DNA of 64,000 nucleotides, taken from assembly GCA_964016885.1 (NCBI GenBank), contig OZ024742.1, positions 297,414,001 to 297,478,000 of the forward strand, read 5' to 3'. The DNA comes from Eledone cirrhosa (lineage: Eukaryota). The notes beneath the pieces are model-generated. The model was not told the DNA's origin and searched no databases. It worked only from the letters and a program-made list of their open reading frames with translations. Made by a program: the position numbers and the translations under genes. This document shows, in pieces, positions 59,901-64,000 of the stretch (its first letter is position 1; each line of letters opens with the position of its first letter).

Positions 59901-61837
59901 TTTGATAACAATGATAAGAATGGTAATGATTTCTTTATTAACCATAAATGATAGGAACTAGTTCTTTTAGTTTCGGTAACTTTAACATCCAATGAAATGA
60001 TATCATTAACTTTCTGAATTTCATTTAAAGTTTTCCAAAATAATGTTCTGTCTCTGATCTTTTGATCTCATTGAAATGACATTATGAAAGACAAGATTAA
60101 AGAAGACTGAACAATCCACACAGCAAGACAGAAATCCAAGTCATGGTAATATAGTCTTTTATTTTTACTTTTTCAGCCATTGGATTGTGGCCATGCTAGA
60201 GCATTGTCTTAAAGGGATTTAGTTTTTACATAAAACCATGATGGAGTGTTTTTAGATAAATATAAACACTATAAAATACGCAGTTTTGTATCATAGAATC
60301 AAAGGAGGTTTTCAGCAGTTTGGTATCAAAAGGGTTACCCCATGATCTGATTTAAAATAATCACCTGGTCTTTAGGTGTCTTTTCCAGAGTCCACTATAT
60401 TACAAGCAATAACATCAGTATCCCTCTATCAACTATACACACCTCTAAATCTGTTATTTCATTTCTCATGTAATGTTGAAACTTTATTCTGATGAAGGTT
60501 TTAAATTGATGCAATAAATAAAAATTTCATCTTAGTTGTTTCCATCATTATCATCATCATCATCATCATAATTTTACATCAGTTTTCAATGCTGTCATGG
60601 TTTGGCTTGTTTGTAACAGTTCAAGACTAGATGGAACAGTGAATCACACCTTGCCCATTCATTCTATTTTGGGCATGGTTTTTACAGCTGGATACCTTTC
60701 CTAATGCCAATTACTTTACAGAGTGTATTGAGTGCATTTTTTAGCACTACCAGACTACCACTTTACAGATTTTAACTGGGTGCAATGTATTGTGAAATTA
60801 ATACTATTCATTTACACGTTGTACTGGTCACATTAGCTGGTGCAGATATCATTACAGGGAATCTCTGTAAACTGGGTTATTTTTTTAATTATTTTCTATT
60901 TCATTCACTTACTTATGTTTGTATGAGTGGGATATTTTTGTAATAGTAGAATGTCTTTACAATTCGAGGCCCTTGATATGCTAAACTAGAGCTTTTATAA
61001 ATGTTCATATTGTAGATACACTCTATAAAAATGACATTCTTCATGATGTATTTTACTAATAACAAAAAATTATTGAAATTAACAAAGAAACATTAAATAT
61101 CATATCAGATGCCATCGTGTGTTTAATTGCATGCAGAGTAGTCAGATCTCAAATAAACTTCACAGCCACATATTCATAAAATTAATCTTGACACACATTA
61201 CAAACCAGTTTGGAAAATTTTGCTCTAACGATTCAACAGTAATTTTTCTCCAGTCAGACTGGAGAAACTTTTTATTCATAAAACTTTTCATGTCACATTA
61301 AGTTTTGTTAGCAATATAAAATTAATGAAATTAATAAACAGGTTGGTTCATGCTGTTACCATTGACCACTACACACACACCCACATGCACTTGTACTCAC
61401 ACACACACAAACACACATGCACGCGTGCACACACACACACACACACATACACATATATAATAATTTCATCTAATGTAAAGGAGATATGATATATCTTCTA
61501 TTTCTTGTATTTATTTATGCAAATATATACACTTATATCCTTTTATCAATGGAACTATGTTAAGCTTTATTTCAATATATCTAGATGATTAAAATAATAA
61601 TGCATTTTATATGTATATATTTATTGGATTTATGTACACATAAAACACAGACACATATCCACTAGCATAGATATATTGAAACACATAAAGTAAATAATAA
61701 ACAATAAAGAAGAAGAATATGCCTTCATAAGAGGCAAAGCACCATTGATTTTGAAGTAAAGTTTGACTTATAACCTAATGGTCATTGCAGTATGTTAACT
61801 CTGAAACTGTTTATACCAATAGATATTATTATATGAA

Positions 61838-62022
61838 GGCGGTGGATTGGCAGTATTGGTAGAGGGTCGGACGCCATGCTTTGCAGCACAGTTACGTCCC
61901 TTTACGGATTGAATTCAAATCCCGCCGAGGTTAACTTTGCCTTTCATCCTTATGGGGTCGATAAAATAAAGTACCAGTAATACACTGGGATAATTGCTGG
62001 CCTTGTGCCAAAAGTAGACACA
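61838..62022 (+). mobile_element. SINE family 1 (short form)
   Basis: GGCGGTGGATTGGCAG head, B-box GAATTCAAATCC; TSD ATTATATGA at 61828-61836 and 62023-62031. Confidence 0.92.
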
Positions 62023-62461
62023 ATTATATGAGGTTATCTCAAAATGACAAATTCTCAGAGAAAGCCAATCACAAAGGTATTCTGAGTGTTAAGAATTGAA
62101 TAGTATTGATTTGTATTGCATTATATATAGAAAACTTATTTGAAATATTTAAGACTAAGAATTTGCACTTGAAAAATTAGTGCAAAATACCTAATTTGTA
62201 CTTATATGCACAATAAACACAAGCATTTATTACATTTTGTCTTTTATCATTGAATATAATAATTACTATCTTTGTTTCATAACTTTTAGCAGAAGATGCA
62301 GTTGGATTCACAAAATATACACAAGTGATAGATGAAAATATTAGACAAGATAAACAGAAAAAGATTTCGATGAAATGAAAATGTTTGTAATAGCTCAAGA
62401 ATATTATGTTGAAAAATGAAAGTAAAATATAAAAAGATTGTACATCAAGAGCAATAATAGA

Positions 62462-62577
62462 ATAGTAATAGAGTTATCATCATCATCATCATCATCATCA
62501 TCAGCTGCAGCAGCACCACCACCACCAGCAACAGCATCAGCAGCAGCAGCAGTCGCAGCAGCAGCAGCAGCATCAGC

Positions 62578-62611
<34 letters not shown>

Positions 62612-62628
62612 ACAATAATAATAATACA
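62462..62628. repeat. Compound trinucleotide microsatellite (CAT)(CAG)(CAC)(TAG)(TAA); similar tract at ~50826-50900
   Basis: Read directly. Confidence 0.95.
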
Positions 62629-63118
62629 TTGGTGTATTAGATTTACAGGCATTATGATTAGGAAGAATGTTTTGGTCATCGACATGAGCTTGTTCAAGTG
62701 TGCAATTGCCTTTTAGATGTAATCAGCTGGAAAATAAGATTGGAAGGAAAGAGAGAGAACAGATTATGTTCCAGCATCTAATATACAATAGTTGACAAAT
62801 ACTAAGAAAATAGCTGCTGAGAAGCTAAGCATGTGAGGAATTTATCTGAGCTGAAGAAAAACTATAAAATAATTTAACTGGAAGGGAATTCTTGCAGACT
62901 TTTTAATGAAAAACTTCTGTTGTTGTATAACATCACTAGTTTCCTGAAAGTAAACCAACAACAATAACAATAAGACTATTAGTTAGAGATTTGTTTTTTT
63001 TTTGTTTTGTTTCATTTCGTTTTACTGTTGTTTGTGTCTTAGTCATTATGAGCAGCTATGTATAGGAACAAAACAATTCATCTCAAGTTCATCTGTTCAA
63101 CTCCCATGTGAACCTGGC

Positions 63119-63162
63119 ATTCATGTACTACTATCCATTTATAAGGATAGTAGTACATGAAT
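63119..63162. repeat. Perfect 18-bp inverted repeat with 8-nt loop
   Basis: ATTCATGTACTACTATCC-ATTTATAA-GGATAGTAGTACATGAAT. Confidence 0.92.
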
Positions 63163-64000
63163 ATAGAAAATAGAAAGAATCATCTTTATTCCATATGCTT
63201 TACCATGCTTGCATGGGCTTGACGAGTCTTCTTCAGCACAGCTTTCCTCTACTTGTCACATTACTTTGATAGTTTCAGTATTCTGAGATTAGCACTCACC
63301 ATTTCTACTAAAGTTTTCCTTGGTCTTCCTCTTCTGCAATTTCCTTCCATCCAATGATCATCTATATGCATCACATTTTTCTTTTGCATAATCCATACAC
63401 ATCATAGTTTTTCCTTCAACTAGATTATGTTTTGTCATTTATGCACACTGACAATATAGATCCAATAGAGTACGCTAGCCATAACATAACTAACACCATT
63501 TAACATTTATTTTCCATGCTTGCATGGGTTAGATTGGTTGTTTTGTTCTGAGGTTAGACAGGTCATATGACTGCAACTTGATCATACATTCCATTCTGGC
63601 ATGGTTTCTACAGCTAGATGACCTTTCTAATGCCAACCACTTCATAGCATGTACTGGGTGCTTTATATGCTGGTACTGCCACTACCATCTTAAAGTGTGT
63701 AGTGGGTGTTTGTTATCATAGCACCAGCACAACTACTTTACAATGTGGTCTGAGTGCATTTTATAATGGAACCAGCATGACAACTTTTTTAAACTAGGCT
63801 CTCCTATCTTTTGACATGCTAGGAAGGCAGTGATAGGACTGAGAGGGATGAGAGCAGCAGTTAATCTATCTGTTGTTTGCTGTGGGAGAGGACGATCGGG
63901 AAAGGTGGCCTTAAAGAGTAAGTGACATCTACCAGTACATTGGGAGGGGATGCCAATCTTTCCATGTTGGCAGGGAGGTGGGACAGAGAAGAAGGAATGG

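Noticed and set aside
6317-62022. SINE heads as tRNA genes
   Set aside because: They have A/B boxes but no full cloverleaf, and continue into shared SINE bodies with TSDs.
8804-62398. Remaining 60-120-aa ORFs in the track
   Set aside because: Their composition mirrors AT-rich non-coding DNA or decayed repeats; there are no domain motifs other than the fossils listed.
62404-62716. Poly-S/A/V and poly-T/A/D ORFs resembling a transcription factor low-complexity region
   Set aside because: A compound trinucleotide microsatellite with no flanking domain or convincing splice sites.

Overview
This is AT-rich animal genomic DNA, intergenic or intronic; the repeat families look cephalopod/octopus-like (inference). 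No host protein-coding exon could be supported. The window is dominated by transposons. There are two young RTE-clade LINEs on the minus strand with open APE-endonuclease/RT ORFs (A: 3009 to <1; B: 28592-25500), one decayed copy (46.7-48.8 kb), and many 3'-end remnants. It also holds two tRNA-derived SINE families, hAT- and piggyBac-like MITEs, mariner and R4/Dong-like fossils, microsatellites and several strong hairpins. The main finding is LINE B. It appears to be a single 14.5-kb insertion (25205-39685) bounded by an 11-bp target-site duplication (TAATCATCATC). Its 5' region contains a 10.7-kb array of 27 near-identical ~396-bp monomers lying between a unique 161-bp 5'-terminal segment and the ORF. 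Shared SNPs reveal a 5-monomer higher-order duplication in the array. The sister LINE A has smaller tandem duplications and shared motifs at the same position, suggesting an expandable 5'UTR/promoter module that can seed satellite DNA. Both RT proteins carry a PHD-like C4HC3 finger inside the RT C-terminal region, and a CORE-type SINE at 13.1 kb shares 65 identical nt with the 3'UTR of LINE B.
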